From positions 586 to 64,585 of the forward strand of contig JBBDZC010000003.1 in the NCBI GenBank assembly GCA_040900375.1: 64,000 nucleotides of DNA, written 5' to 3'. The notes beneath the pieces were generated by a model. It did not search any database, was not told the DNA's origin, and saw only the letters and a list, made by a program, of their open reading frames with translations. Below, piece after piece: positions 35,871 through 46,412 of this stretch (position 1 is its first letter; every line of letters starts with the position of its first letter). Source of the stretch: Candidatus Anderseniibacteriota bacterium (GTDB taxonomy: Bacteria; Patescibacteriota; Andersenbacteria; UBA10190). Position numbers and translations under genes: made by a program.

Positions 35871-35914
35871 ATTTACTACGCAAATGCTACTAAGCGCGTG
35901 CGCAAGCGACTATT

Positions 35915-37375
35915 TTAGTAAGCCTTAACGAGGCTAACTCCTTTATAGAAATATTTGAGAATCTTTTGAAAACTCCATTTATCCTGCCCGGCTAAGCCAT
36001 ACGCACCTTGCGCACTCATACCGACACAGTGGCCCCTACAGGTAGAGGAAGCATGGCGCGGATCCTTGACTGATTGCAGGTGAGGAAAACGGCTGCTATT
36101 CCACTGTTCTTGCGCGCTCCGTGTTCGCCCATCAGAATCAGAGAAATAAACCGTTACCACAGGTTTATCACCCTCCCCATTAGTCACAATCACTCCCTTA
36201 GTTTTATTAAAAATACTTGCCATGCGCGATGTAATGAGCTCATATTCATACCCTCGGTAGAGTTGGTCATTGGCAGTGTTATCAATATCAAAACGCTGCC
36301 TCACAAATCGTCCGCCAGTAATAACCTTGTGGTAAAGTACGTAAGTACGGGCAACCGTGCCTAGCGCCTTAATGTACTCTTCTGGTCCTTGGCCCGATGT
36401 TTCTGCTAAACCTCGCAAATAATATTCCGTTCGTAACTCATTAATTGCCCATAATTCATTACAGCCATTGCACTTGCGAATCTCAATCACCCCTCGAAAA
36501 CGATTATAGTTCTTGCCGGTGATCGTGGGCGAAGGATCGGAGTAACTCGTAATCTGCATAATCGCCCCTGCCAGGGGCACGAGACGGACTTCACTGACGG
36601 GATCAAGATTAAGGCCGGAACCGCGAACATGATACTTCTCATCGGACCAACTGACTTGCACGACATCATCTTTATCCACTGTCGCCAAAATCTTCGTTCG
36701 GCCTTCCCGCACCTGGAATGAGCCGTTAGCCGTAACATGGATGGCTCGTCCGTCAGTCTTAAAAATACCAATACGCACCTCGTCACCCATTGGGTGAGTA
36801 CTAATGCCCGCCACTGTCCGACGGCTAACCCCGCCTGGAGAGCTCGCGACCGCGGCGGCCTTAACGCCACAAATACTGTCACTACCCTTGCGCACATTTT
36901 TTGCCTTATGGTACTGCATTGAGGATACCAAGTTTTTGTACTTAGTAATGTCACCGCAGCTAATACGCTTTCGCCACCAGACTTTTTCCGCCGCGGTCGG
37001 ATCATTGCCATAAATATTCACAAACAAAGGCAGGACAGCCTTGATCATTGTTTGTTTATCATCAGCTATCCCCGCCGGCAGGCCGCCGGCTAGAGGAGAG
37101 CTCCCGGCGTGTTCCCGCTGGTAGGCCATCGCGCCCACAAGGGCTTGGTAGGTCGTCTTTTCCTGACGGTCTACGCGACCTTCCCACCAGGCTTTTTCCG
37201 CGGCTGTAGGCTGACGACCATACACACTGACAAAAGCTGGCACAACCTGCTCGTGCAAGGTGGCGCCATCAGCCACAGTGACGATCGTTAAGCTGCCAAC
37301 AATAATAAAAAGGATAGAAAAGGCTTTTTTCATATAATCTTCATCAACAACAATACCCCTAGAATGATATACCAA
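35915..37375 (-). CDS. SpoIID/LytB domain protein with a duplicated N-terminal ~40-aa repeat
   Basis: C-terminal SpoIID-like region (ELWAINELRTEYYLRGLAE...ALGTVARTYVLYH...NDQLYRGYEY). The N-terminus has a signal/TM peptide and a tandem repeat (VPAFVSVYGRQPTAAEKAWWEGRV / VLPLFVNIYGNDPTAAEKVWWRKRI). Confidence 0.65.
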   Translation of the reverse strand: MVYHSRGIVVDEDYMKKAFSILFIIVGSLTIVTVADGATLHEQVVPAFVSVYGRQPTAAEKAWWEGRVDRQEKTTYQALVGAMAYQREHAGSSPLAGGLPAGIADDKQTMIKAVLPLFVNIYGNDPTAAEKVWWRKRISCGDITKYKNLVSSMQYHKAKNVRKGSDSICGVKAAAVASSPGGVSRRTVAGISTHPMGDEVRIGIFKTDGRAIHVTANGSFQVREGRTKILATVDKDDVVQVSWSDEKYHVRGSGLNLDPVSEVRLVPLAGAIMQITSYSDPSPTITGKNYNRFRGVIEIRKCNGCNELWAINELRTEYYLRGLAETSGQGPEEYIKALGTVARTYVLYHKVITGGRFVRQRFDIDNTANDQLYRGYEYELITSRMASIFNKTKGVIVTNGEGDKPVVTVYFSDSDGRTRSAQEQWNSSRFPHLQSVKDPRHASSTCRGHCVGMSAQGAYGLAGQDKWSFQKILKYFYKGVSLVKAY

Positions 37376-37389
37376 TATGATAGCACACT

Positions 37390-37776
37390 CTAGACAGGGA
37401 TAGCGAGTCGAGCACGAGCCTTGCGGACAATATCTTCTAATTCCCAGTCTGCCTTAACAATATAATCATGGACGCCACTATCAAATGATTCATCAATTTT
37501 TGCCGCATCACTAATATTAGTTAGGATAATGACTGGCACTTTACTCCCCCAAGAATTTTTCCGAAGTTTTTTGAGCATTGTTATACCATCCATTTCTGGC
37601 ATGACGATATCAACAAGGATCAGGTCCGGGTGCTCGGTCAAAGCAATGTGTAACCCCTCGCGGCCATTACTTGCAGTCGAGACAGTGAAACCGTGGTCAC
37701 GCAACTCTTCAGCTAAAACTCGTACCAGGGGTAATTCATCTTCAATGATTAAAACATGGTTACTATGGGCAGGCAT
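37390..37776 (-). CDS. single-domain response regulator (CheY-like receiver)
   Basis: VLIIEDELPLVRVLAEEL...DLILVDIVMPEMDGITMLKKLRKN. No output domain (128 aa). Confidence 0.85.
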   Translation of the reverse strand: MPAHSNHVLIIEDELPLVRVLAEELRDHGFTVSTASNGREGLHIALTEHPDLILVDIVMPEMDGITMLKKLRKNSWGSKVPVIILTNISDAAKIDESFDSGVHDYIVKADWELEDIVRKARARLAIPV

Positions 37777-37788
37777 AATGCAGTAAAT

Positions 37789-39207
37789 TCATGATAACAT
37801 AGTCTCTGTCTCTGCCAGCGCGACGGCTGAATATTTTGTCAAAGGCAGCGTGACAAAAAAATGAGAACCATTGCCTTCTTGTGACTCAAACCAAATTTTA
37901 CCGCTGGCATATTCCAGCAACGTCTTGACTAAGTATAACCCCAAACCCATGCCATCATTATGATAATTCTTGACATTACTAGCCCGGAACAGCTTTTCAA
38001 AAATTTTTGCCTGATCTTTTTGCGGAATTCCGCAACCGCTATCAGTAACTTCAATCTGCAAGATAGTTTCTGCTTTGCTGGTTGCCGAGGGTTGCAACGC
38101 TATTTTGAGAAAAACGCCTGTCTCGCGATCAGTATATTTAATAGCGTTACTAAGCAAAGTCTGTAAAATAATCCGGAGGAGCTTAGGATTAACGTAGACC
38201 TGTTCTTGGATGGTCGCTACTTGCTTTTCTAATCGTAAATTTTTTTCGGTAATCTGTGGCTGTAACTCTTTGACCACACTTTCTACTAGTTCTGGTACAT
38301 CACATGTAACTGGTTTAAGATTAAAAGTTTTCAACTGCACCCGCGAAACATTCAATAAGGCCTGCACTAACTGGGCCATTCGTTTACTACTCTCATGCAC
38401 CGTTGCTAAATATTTTTCTTGTAGCGGTGTGATCCTGCCTGTCTTGCCATGCAATATTCTTTCGACATACCAGTTAATAGTCGTGAGCGGAGTTCGGAGT
38501 TGGTGGGAAGCCAGAGAAATAAAATCAGTTTTTGCCTGCTCCAATTCTTGTTCACGACTGACGTCGCGGATAACTTGAATCGCCCCAATAATTTCCTGTC
38601 CCTGCAAAACTGGTGTGGCAGTAATCATTAAGGGAATACGACTGCCATCCTGGTGCTGACAATAAACTGCTGTTTGTGATACTTTTTTACCTATTATCAG
38701 CGCCCGATAAAGCGCTTGAGCTGTAAAAGGAATAAGACGATCATGGGCATCAAAAAGTTGTACAACCTCGGCAGTCTTCTGGCCAACGATGGTCGATACC
38801 GCCCGACCAAGGATAGCGGCCGCCACCCGATTAACAATGACCACGTACTGATTAACATCAATAACCATTAAACCCTCACCCGCACTTTGTAACACTGCCT
38901 CAATGTTTAATTTAGCTTCTGCTAGATTATTTTTTTCCTGGGTAAGTGCATCGAGGACAATATTTTTTTCCTGCACCCGGCGATCAAGAGTTGCATTGGC
39001 AGCTTCCAGCTGGGCTATCTTTTCTCGAAGAGCTTCGAGCATGACCTGAATGCCGACATACAATTCAGTAAATTCATCTTTCTCCCCGGGAATAGGGATA
39101 TCTTCAGAAAAATTACCAACAGAAGCCTGGGTAAAGACATGATTAAGATAGGCTAAACGCTGCTTAATAACCCTCTGATTTAAAGGTGATGAGCGCTTAC
39201 GGGACAT
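37789..39207 (-). CDS. soluble sensor histidine kinase (coiled-coil + PAS + HisKA + HATPase_c)
   Basis: H-box FISLASHQLRTPLTTI and G-box DGMGLGLYLVKTLLE. No TM helices. Confidence 0.85.
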   Translation of the reverse strand: MSRKRSSPLNQRVIKQRLAYLNHVFTQASVGNFSEDIPIPGEKDEFTELYVGIQVMLEALREKIAQLEAANATLDRRVQEKNIVLDALTQEKNNLAEAKLNIEAVLQSAGEGLMVIDVNQYVVIVNRVAAAILGRAVSTIVGQKTAEVVQLFDAHDRLIPFTAQALYRALIIGKKVSQTAVYCQHQDGSRIPLMITATPVLQGQEIIGAIQVIRDVSREQELEQAKTDFISLASHQLRTPLTTINWYVERILHGKTGRITPLQEKYLATVHESSKRMAQLVQALLNVSRVQLKTFNLKPVTCDVPELVESVVKELQPQITEKNLRLEKQVATIQEQVYVNPKLLRIILQTLLSNAIKYTDRETGVFLKIALQPSATSKAETILQIEVTDSGCGIPQKDQAKIFEKLFRASNVKNYHNDGMGLGLYLVKTLLEYASGKIWFESQEGNGSHFFVTLPLTKYSAVALAETETMLS

Positions 39208-39386
39208 TCCTTAGTAGTAACAGGACTACGACCGCCTTAGGGTCATGCGCCTCTAATTTTGTTGACAAAATTAATATTAATGGTAACATGCGCTAACCCT
39301 CCTTATGCCTGCATTCCTTACCTAGCCATAGCCAAGATATAAAATCTCCTTTACCTTCAGAGTACAAAACTAGCCCCCTTATCACA

Positions 39387-40415
39387 ATGAGAAAGAATAA
39401 TCATTCCCCTCTCAACCAAGCCCTGTTGCCCAACAATTACCCCACCAAACCGCTTCAAAAGCTAGTGGTCATTATTCCTGCCTTAAATGAAGCGGTCACC
39501 ATTAGCGCAGTTATTAACGGTATTCCTCACACCATTCAAGGCATATCAACCATTGAAGTAGTAGTGATTGATGATGGCTCAGTCGACCAAACTTCAACTC
39601 TGGCGCGCACGGCAGGCGCCGAGGTCATTCGCCATAAGCGTAATTTAGGCCTTGGTGCCGCTTTTCGTACCGGGATTAACGAAGCGCTGCGCCGCGGCGC
39701 GGATATTATTGTGAACATGGATAGTGACGGACAATTTGACCCTCGGGATATTCCCCGCCTAATCACCTTGATTCAAAATGGCATGGCTGACTTTGTCACC
39801 ACCACTCGCTTTGCTAAGCCAGAATACTTGCCCGATATGCCGGCCATCAAACTTTTTGGCAATCGCTGGATGACCAGAATTGTTAATTTTCTCACCGCCA
39901 AAAAATTTACTGATGTCTCGTGTGGCTTCCGAGCTTACTCTCGCGAGGCAGCTCTGAAGCTAACCCTCTTCGGCCGATTTACCTACACGCAAGAAACTTT
40001 CATTGATTTAGCTTACAAAGATATCAGTATGGCCGAAGTGCCGCTCCGCGTCCGCGGGCAACGGCAGCATGGTCGCTCACGTATTGCTGGTAGCCTCTGG
40101 CGGTATGGTATTAAGTCCGCTTCAATCATTTTCCGCGCGGCGCGTGACTATCAACCTCTTTACTTCTTTGGTATCCCGGGCGTGCTGATTTTTTTCTGCG
40201 GCATTATCGCCGGAATTTTTCTTGTTATTCACTATGTCCAAACTGGGCAGACTCATCCGTATCGTTCGCTGGTCCAGATCTCCGGCATCTTAATTATTGT
40301 GGGTTTCCTTCTCCTTTTTATTTCTCTGCTCGCCGACATGCTCCACCGTAACCGTGTTTTAATGGATGAATCTTTATACTACAACCGCAAAAAGGCCTTT
40401 GATCGGCATGAGTAA
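39387..40415 (+). CDS. GT2 polyprenyl-phosphate sugar synthase (GtrB/DPM1/ArnC-like) with 2 C-terminal TM helices
   Basis: LVVIIPALNEAVTI...VVVIDDGSVDQTSTLAR...DSDGQFDP and C-terminal TM helices (IPGVLIFFCGIIAGIFLVI, ILIIVGFLLLFISLLA). Confidence 0.75.
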   Translation: MRKNNHSPLNQALLPNNYPTKPLQKLVVIIPALNEAVTISAVINGIPHTIQGISTIEVVVIDDGSVDQTSTLARTAGAEVIRHKRNLGLGAAFRTGINEALRRGADIIVNMDSDGQFDPRDIPRLITLIQNGMADFVTTTRFAKPEYLPDMPAIKLFGNRWMTRIVNFLTAKKFTDVSCGFRAYSREAALKLTLFGRFTYTQETFIDLAYKDISMAEVPLRVRGQRQHGRSRIAGSLWRYGIKSASIIFRAARDYQPLYFFGIPGVLIFFCGIIAGIFLVIHYVQTGQTHPYRSLVQISGILIIVGFLLLFISLLADMLHRNRVLMDESLYYNRKKAFDRHE

Positions 40416-41499
40416 GGATGTTGTCTCTCGTGTTTTATTTGTCACCCGGGCAAAAAACAACCAGGCGGGCGGGATGGAACGGCTAAGCCATGAGTTAATT
40501 AAGGCTATAACGCATACTAATTTAGCTGTTGACGTAATCGCTCACTACGGCCGCCGTTACACTGCTCCCCTCTTCGTTATCACCTGCCTGCCCCGGGTTT
40601 GGCGCCAGGCAAAAAAAGCCGACGTGGTGCATATCGGCGATCCCTTGTTAGCACTTGTTGGTTGGGTCGTAAAGAAATTTCTCCACAAGCCGGTCGTTAT
40701 GACTGTGCACGGCCTCGATGTTACCTATCCTCATCCTCTCTATCAATTATATTTACAAATCTTTCTGCCATCAGCCGATCAGTATATTGCCATCAGCCGT
40801 CATGTGAAAAGTCTGCTGCGCCGCCGCGGTTTAGGTCAGCGTGTCACCGTGATACCACCCGGCATAACTGACAAGCTTTATAACCCTCACTATACTCGCC
40901 AAGATTTAAGTCATGTACTCGGCAGTAACCTCGCCAACAAAGTAGTGCTGCTCACTACCGGTCGCTTGGTACCGCGCAAGGGACACGCGTGGTTTATTAC
41001 CCACGTTCTCCCCACTCTTCCCTCTCATGTAGTCTATGTGATTGCAGGTGAAGGACAAGAGAAAGATCATATTATCAGGGTCAGTAAGCGCGCCGGCCTC
41101 CACGAACGCGTGCATGTCCTCGGCCGAGTAACCGATGAAGCCCTGGCGATCCTGACTAATACTAGTGATGCTTTTGTTCAACCTAATATTGCTATCGAGG
41201 GTGATACGGAAGGCTTTGGCCTCGTTTTACTTGAGGCGGCCATCTGCGCCCGGCCTGTCTTTGCCGCTAATCTTGAAGGCATTCCCGATGCAATTACCCC
41301 CGGTAAAAACGGCGTCCTCCTGCCAAGTGGTAACAAGCAGGCCTGGATAGTCGCCTTGGAAAAGTTTATTGCTACGCCTCACCAACATGTGCCCACCGGC
41401 ATGGAGGCACGGCAATACACCTATAACTATTTTGCCTGGCAAAAAATAGTCGAGCAATATCGTACGGTCTTTAGTACCGTCACGATGCCCGTCTCATAA
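40408..41499 (+). CDS. glycosyltransferase family 4
   Basis: EGFGLVLLEAAICARPVFAANLEGIPDAI. The ORF track starts at 40366; MSKDVVSRVLFV at about 40408 avoids the overlap. Confidence 0.75.
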   Translation: MSKDVVSRVLFVTRAKNNQAGGMERLSHELIKAITHTNLAVDVIAHYGRRYTAPLFVITCLPRVWRQAKKADVVHIGDPLLALVGWVVKKFLHKPVVMTVHGLDVTYPHPLYQLYLQIFLPSADQYIAISRHVKSLLRRRGLGQRVTVIPPGITDKLYNPHYTRQDLSHVLGSNLANKVVLLTTGRLVPRKGHAWFITHVLPTLPSHVVYVIAGEGQEKDHIIRVSKRAGLHERVHVLGRVTDEALAILTNTSDAFVQPNIAIEGDTEGFGLVLLEAAICARPVFAANLEGIPDAITPGKNGVLLPSGNKQAWIVALEKFIATPHQHVPTGMEARQYTYNYFAWQKIVEQYRTVFSTVTMPVS

Positions 41500-41541
41500 T
41501 CCAGTTGTCTTCTCTTGGGCAGCGGACCAAGCTCGCTGGCT

Positions 41542-42156
41542 CTACCGCCGCTGGGCACATGTAATGTTATATGACAATGGCATAGTAGTATTTTTTTCTC
41601 GCCACCGGCGATAAGAATATAGGCTAACATTTTCGTAAGTACACCGCGGATCGGAAAAAATTATTTTTGGCGCTACCTGCCATTGCTTTAGATAGTGCAT
41701 TACTACTTTCTGGAGGGAAATACGAACACAGTCAGTCTGTTCCCATGCATAGGGAAAAAGCTGGTGAAATTTTTCTATCTCCTCTCCTAGGTTCTGAAAA
41801 GTAAAATGCTGCGCACATATATGAGGACCAATAAACACTCCGGTAATAGTGGTCGGTGGAAGAAATTGCACTACTCTTTCCAGCTGTTCTACTATCAGCG
41901 ACTTGCGACTAACGTGCAGGGCTAAGACACCCATCGGCGACGCCAGTATTAAGGGCAAACAATCAGCCGATAGAATACCAACTACAACATTGGTTGTTGG
42001 AATCCACGCTCCATCTGCAACCGGTCGCATTACCGAGTAACTTTTAATGGTAGCAATTTTTGCGCCGTGAACCTGTCGTAAGAAAACCGTGTTCACTGGC
42101 AGTCCTTCCAAAGTCCCGATGTTCACGCGCACATCACTGAGTTCAACTGACGTCAT
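41542..42156 (-). CDS. YfiH/PgeF (DUF152, laccase-domain, peptidoglycan editing factor) family protein
   Basis: LSADCLPLILASPMGVLALHVSRKSL and GPHICAQHFTF resemble the ADC.P... / GP.I.. motifs of the family. Confidence 0.5.
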   Translation of the reverse strand: MTSVELSDVRVNIGTLEGLPVNTVFLRQVHGAKIATIKSYSVMRPVADGAWIPTTNVVVGILSADCLPLILASPMGVLALHVSRKSLIVEQLERVVQFLPPTTITGVFIGPHICAQHFTFQNLGEEIEKFHQLFPYAWEQTDCVRISLQKVVMHYLKQWQVAPKIIFSDPRCTYENVSLYSYRRWREKNTTMPLSYNITCAQRR

Positions 42157-43940
42157 TTAAGCGAATAAATTGTCAGTTCGGGTGAATGGTATGCCGGCTC
42201 GAGCGGCGGAAGCGCCCACAACTCTTGCTGCGCAGCAGTCAGGACTAGATAATCAGCGTGCGACAGCGCTACGGCCTGGGCCCCTCGATCCCCCGAAAAA
42301 GCTGCTTCCACCGTCCTCCCTAGTTCATCTTCAGGAGACAACCAATACGCTGTCCGCAGCAGCGTCCGACCAGTAAAAATTGGGATTGACCAGGGTGGTT
42401 GAGGTGAACTTAAGAAAATCGCATCTGCTGCAGTATGATCTTGTATCCATTCGAGTGCAAGGCGGTCCGTTAAAGTAATAGCTTGCTGATCTTTAAACAG
42501 TAAATGGTCAAAGGCACTTAAGACACTGCTCCCCGCCGGTAAAGAAAAAATGGCAAACAACACTACCACACTACCAATCCCTATGAACCACTCGCTCGGT
42601 GAACGCGTACTCAACAGAAGCAAGCGGCGGCATAGAAACCAGCCTCGTACTATGAGCAAAAGAAGAAGAGGAAAGCCAGCCAGCAAGGCATGGTACATAA
42701 AGCGAGAGGCATTTTCGACAATAATATTTCTGGTAGAGAAAAGGAAAGTAAAAACTGCCGCTAAACACAGCGCGACACTTACTACCGCCAGGTAGTGGTG
42801 CCGGCCAAGTTGTAACCAGATGCCTGCCAGGAGAAGCAACACTACCGGCGCTAAGCGGAGCATATCAAGCGCTGCCGTATAAGAAAAATGCGGCAAGCCA
42901 AAGGCTGCATTACCAGGCATCACCACTACAAATAAAATTCCTGTTAACACAGCGGCCCCTAAATATCGGCTGCGGGTGGCCACTGTCTGACGGCGGTCAA
43001 TAATATACCCACCACAGAATACTAGCCAGGCGATTGTGGCGGCGGTACCAGTGACCGCATTAGCAAGCAGCAGCACTAAAGTAGTTACCCCGGCGATAGC
43101 TACTGCCAACCTGGCTTGGAGCAGTGAAAATTTATTAGCCGCTACAAGTAGGCATATCTGCCAGAGAAACAAATTTGTCAGGAAAAAATGACTTTGGGGA
43201 TAAATGTAGTTATCCCAAGCCAACATCAGAATATACAAGACGATACCGGCTTCAAGCGCCAATATAATTCCGCGGTTAGAGACACCCAGCCAGGTATTAG
43301 CCGGGAGTGATTTAGGCAAAAAGAGATCTCCCAGTAAAAAGAAAAGGGGGATAGTAATAACTAGTTGGGCTAATGTTATAAACGGCAAAAAATGAACCCA
43401 ATCAAAAATGATACCAGCTTGGGTGAACCAGTCCGCGACTGCTCCATGGAGTAAGGTGGGGTATTCTAAATCACCATTACCAGCAAAAGGATTTTGCTTA
43501 AGCAAACCATCGGTTATCTGTGAGCGTTGGACTAAACTAATGAAAGTTGCTGTGTCTCCATTATAAAACCCATGAGTAACCCAGTTTGATCCGATAAAAC
43601 CATTGACGCTACCCACAACCCACGCGCTACCCAAGACAGCCACGAGAACTACCAAAACTGCTAACTCGGCGCCGGCCTGTTTAGTAACTACCCCGGGCCC
43701 TCGCCACTTTCTTATTTGTGTCAGCCAAAGACTCAAGAAAAATAATGCGCCAATAAAGAAAACTAATTGAATGCTCGCCCCAATAAAAAACTCCCGATGA
43801 ACGAGCGCTATAAGTAACCAATGAACTTCAAATAGAGCCCCCGTAGCGGCGATAAATGTCACCAGCCGCTCCGATCGCATAATACTGCCGGCTGCTATCC
43901 CCGAGGCTAATAGTATCACTACCGCAGTCAATAAAAGCAT
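42153..43940 (-). CDS. large polytopic membrane protein; possible GT-C-type glycosyltransferase partnered with GtrB-like GT2
   Basis: 595 aa, more than 12 TM helices. Sits near a polyprenyl-P-sugar synthase gene. Confidence 0.4.
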   Translation of the reverse strand: MLLLTAVVILLASGIAAGSIMRSERLVTFIAATGALFEVHWLLIALVHREFFIGASIQLVFFIGALFFLSLWLTQIRKWRGPGVVTKQAGAELAVLVVLVAVLGSAWVVGSVNGFIGSNWVTHGFYNGDTATFISLVQRSQITDGLLKQNPFAGNGDLEYPTLLHGAVADWFTQAGIIFDWVHFLPFITLAQLVITIPLFFLLGDLFLPKSLPANTWLGVSNRGIILALEAGIVLYILMLAWDNYIYPQSHFFLTNLFLWQICLLVAANKFSLLQARLAVAIAGVTTLVLLLANAVTGTAATIAWLVFCGGYIIDRRQTVATRSRYLGAAVLTGILFVVVMPGNAAFGLPHFSYTAALDMLRLAPVVLLLLAGIWLQLGRHHYLAVVSVALCLAAVFTFLFSTRNIIVENASRFMYHALLAGFPLLLLLIVRGWFLCRRLLLLSTRSPSEWFIGIGSVVVLFAIFSLPAGSSVLSAFDHLLFKDQQAITLTDRLALEWIQDHTAADAIFLSSPQPPWSIPIFTGRTLLRTAYWLSPEDELGRTVEAAFSGDRGAQAVALSHADYLVLTAAQQELWALPPLEPAYHSPELTIYSLK

Positions 43941-44043
43941 AAGCTAAATATACATGAAAAAAGGGGCAAATATAGAACTAGTCCCTCTGATAATGCAAAT
44001 AGGGACTAGTCCAAGGAGCGGGGTAATTTTTAGAGTGGGTGTA

Positions 44044-44301
44044 TTATGTTCTCCGTACTAAGCTAATAAGAAAGAGGAGAATAATGGCACCAATGGTAGC
44101 CACAATAATTTGACCAATTACACTCTCACCGCCCCCGACTCCCAATTGACCAAACAAGAAGCTACCCAGTAGAGCACCGAGGATACCGACAATAACGTTA
44201 CCTATCACTCCAAATCCTCTACCTTTCATGATCAAGCCCGCTAACCAGCCGGCAATTGCACCGATAATAAGTGCCCAGATAAGAGCTGGCATATTCATCA
44301 C
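44044..44301 (-). CDS. GlsB/YeaQ/YmgE family small membrane protein
   Basis: ALIIGAIAGWLAGLIMKGRGFGVIGNVIVGILGALLGSFLFGQLG is the family signature. Confidence 0.75.
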   Translation of the reverse strand: MMNMPALIWALIIGAIAGWLAGLIMKGRGFGVIGNVIVGILGALLGSFLFGQLGVGGGESVIGQIIVATIGAIILLFLISLVRRT

Positions 44302-44474
44302 CTCCTTAGCTTGGTTTCTATAATGAAGTTCAACACAGCATTCTCTCTTTTTAGTTTTCCTGTAGATTATTAAAAGCGCTAGGTCTTTACAAACTAACTG
44401 ATTCTTTATTTGTTATCAGTTATACGCTAGCCTGGAGGCATACCTAATTGCCACTTTCCTATGCAAGAGTCTCC

Positions 44475-45206
44475 ATGAAAACATCACTTATTATTCCGGC
44501 GTATAATGAGGAACACCGCTTAGAACCATTCTTAGAATCTATCCGAATCTATCTGCAACATCACCGCTCTGATATTTATGAGATTATTATTATTGATGAT
44601 GGTAGCACCGACGCTACCGCTAATATTGCCAAAAAATACCAACGATCATTGCCAATGCTCCGCCTCCTACAACATCCTACTAACCAAGGCAAAGGTGCCG
44701 CCGTGCAAACAGGTGTGTTAACGGCCCGCGGCGACTACCTCATTTTTATTGACGCTGATGGGGCCACTGATATTTCCGAGCTGCCGAAAATGTTAGCGGC
44801 TCTAGCCACTGCTCCCATTGCTATTGGTAATCGTTGGTTACCCGGCGCTCAAACTATTCGCCATACATGGCTGCGCCGATTAGCTGGTTGGGTTTACCGC
44901 ACCTACATGCGGCTCTACGGTCTAGGCCGCATTGATACTATGTGTGGTTTCAAAGGTTATCACCGCCCAGTTGCGCGTGAATTATTCACTGCTCTACAAG
45001 AAAAAAGATGGTTATTTGACACCGAGATTGCCTACCGAGCTGTCCATCAAGGTTACCTGATTAAAAATTTTCCTATCCGTTGGGAATCTAAAGATGGCAG
45101 TAAACTAGCCAGCAGCGCTTTACTGAAAACAGCGTTTAGGATCTGGCCTCTCATCAGGCGCCTCAAGAAAAAGAAGCACAAGGCAGCGCCAGCTTCAACA
45201 ACTTGA
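44475..45206 (+). CDS. GT2 dolichyl/polyprenyl-phosphate beta-glycosyltransferase-like (soluble)
   Basis: MKTSLIIPAYNEEHRL...EIIIIDDGSTDATANIAKKY...IFIDADGATD. Confidence 0.75.
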   Translation: MKTSLIIPAYNEEHRLEPFLESIRIYLQHHRSDIYEIIIIDDGSTDATANIAKKYQRSLPMLRLLQHPTNQGKGAAVQTGVLTARGDYLIFIDADGATDISELPKMLAALATAPIAIGNRWLPGAQTIRHTWLRRLAGWVYRTYMRLYGLGRIDTMCGFKGYHRPVARELFTALQEKRWLFDTEIAYRAVHQGYLIKNFPIRWESKDGSKLASSALLKTAFRIWPLIRRLKKKKHKAAPASTT

Positions 45207-45260
45207 TCTTTCTCGAGCTTTAGGGTACCAATCATAATTTCGCGCATAATAGAGCTACCT

Positions 45261-46412
45261 ATGCGAATTACTTTTGTTACCACCCAAAGTACCGCTGGCT
45301 CCACGATCATTGGCCGCATTTTCCCTCTCGCCCGCTCTTTGAGTACCACACATGATATTCATCTCCTAGGGTTAGGGAAGGCTGATCGAATAGATCCTGG
45401 GCTTGCCTGGCACACTGTCGGACGTGAGCCGTGGAGACGCAGCCCTCATGGCAAAATACGATATCGAGGAGTGCGTCTTATCTTGAATATGATGCTCACC
45501 GCGTGTCGGATTGCTTATAAACTCCATCAGTTGCAGCCCGACACCATTATCATCGTCAAACCCCTGCCCGCTAATGTTCTTGGCGTGAAGATGTACCACA
45601 TCATTCATTCCCACACGCCCATTATTTTAGATACCGACGATTTTGAATTACTAAGTAACCATCTGACTTCGCTCATGCAACGGGCAAGTATTCACTGGTC
45701 TGAGCGAACCAGCGTCGCCTTAGCTCGTGTTACTATTGCGGCAACGCCTTTCTTAGTCGACCACTTTTGTGCACTTGATCCCTCTAATCATTCTGTAGTT
45801 CTCATCCCCACCGGCTACACGCCAGTGCGCACCACTCTCCCCTCTCCATCAACCTCGACACCAACCCTGCTCTACTTGGGCAGTATTTCGCTTGGCTCGG
45901 GCCACCGCGTTGATCTCCTGCCAGAAATTCTTACTCTCGTTAAACAACAAGAGCCGGATATCCGATTAATCATCGCCGGTACGGGCGATGATGTGGAAGA
46001 ATTAAAGGCTCTATTCGCGTCCGCCAATCTCCTGCCGATAGTAGAGTGGTTCGGCCGCTTTACGTCTGACAACGTTCCTACCCTGATTGCCCGGGCCCAC
46101 GTTCTTGTTGATCCCGTGGGCGGAAGTATTACTGAACGCGCTAAAAGCAGTTTTCGGGTCGCCGCCGCGGCCGCTTATGGTATACCCATCGTTACCAGCA
46201 ACATCGGCATCCGTCCCTATTTTCTGCCCCCCGCTCTCGCGGAGCAGTGCTTCGCAGAACCCAACCAGGCGCACGATTACGCCACAAAAATAGTCAGCCT
46301 CTTACGCCAGCCACTTTCGGCCCAGCAAAAACAAGGCCTGCAACAAAAATCTGCCTCGTATGAGTGGTCTGTCCTTGCCGCCCAGTATAATAAATATATT
46401 ACCTCGCCCTAA
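45261..46412 (+). CDS. glycosyltransferase family 4
   Basis: GT-B fold with C-terminal ...VLVDPVGGSITERAKSSFRVAAAAAYGIPIVTSNIG. Confidence 0.65.
   Translation: MRITFVTTQSTAGSTIIGRIFPLARSLSTTHDIHLLGLGKADRIDPGLAWHTVGREPWRRSPHGKIRYRGVRLILNMMLTACRIAYKLHQLQPDTIIIVKPLPANVLGVKMYHIIHSHTPIILDTDDFELLSNHLTSLMQRASIHWSERTSVALARVTIAATPFLVDHFCALDPSNHSVVLIPTGYTPVRTTLPSPSTSTPTLLYLGSISLGSGHRVDLLPEILTLVKQQEPDIRLIIAGTGDDVEELKALFASANLLPIVEWFGRFTSDNVPTLIARAHVLVDPVGGSITERAKSSFRVAAAAAYGIPIVTSNIGIRPYFLPPALAEQCFAEPNQAHDYATKIVSLLRQPLSAQQKQGLQQKSASYEWSVLAAQYNKYITSP

Noticed and set aside
36487-37011. 174-aa ORF embedded in the SpoIID-like gene in another frame
   Set aside because: It lies fully inside a well-supported CDS on the same strand. 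The composition is Arg/Cys-rich with no recognisable domain. Spurious.
39208-39386. Clear sigma70 promoter in the divergent HK / GT2 spacer (TTGACA at about 39262)
   Set aside because: The -35-like hexamer is present, but no -10 sits at a 16-18-bp spacing on either strand. Left unannotated.
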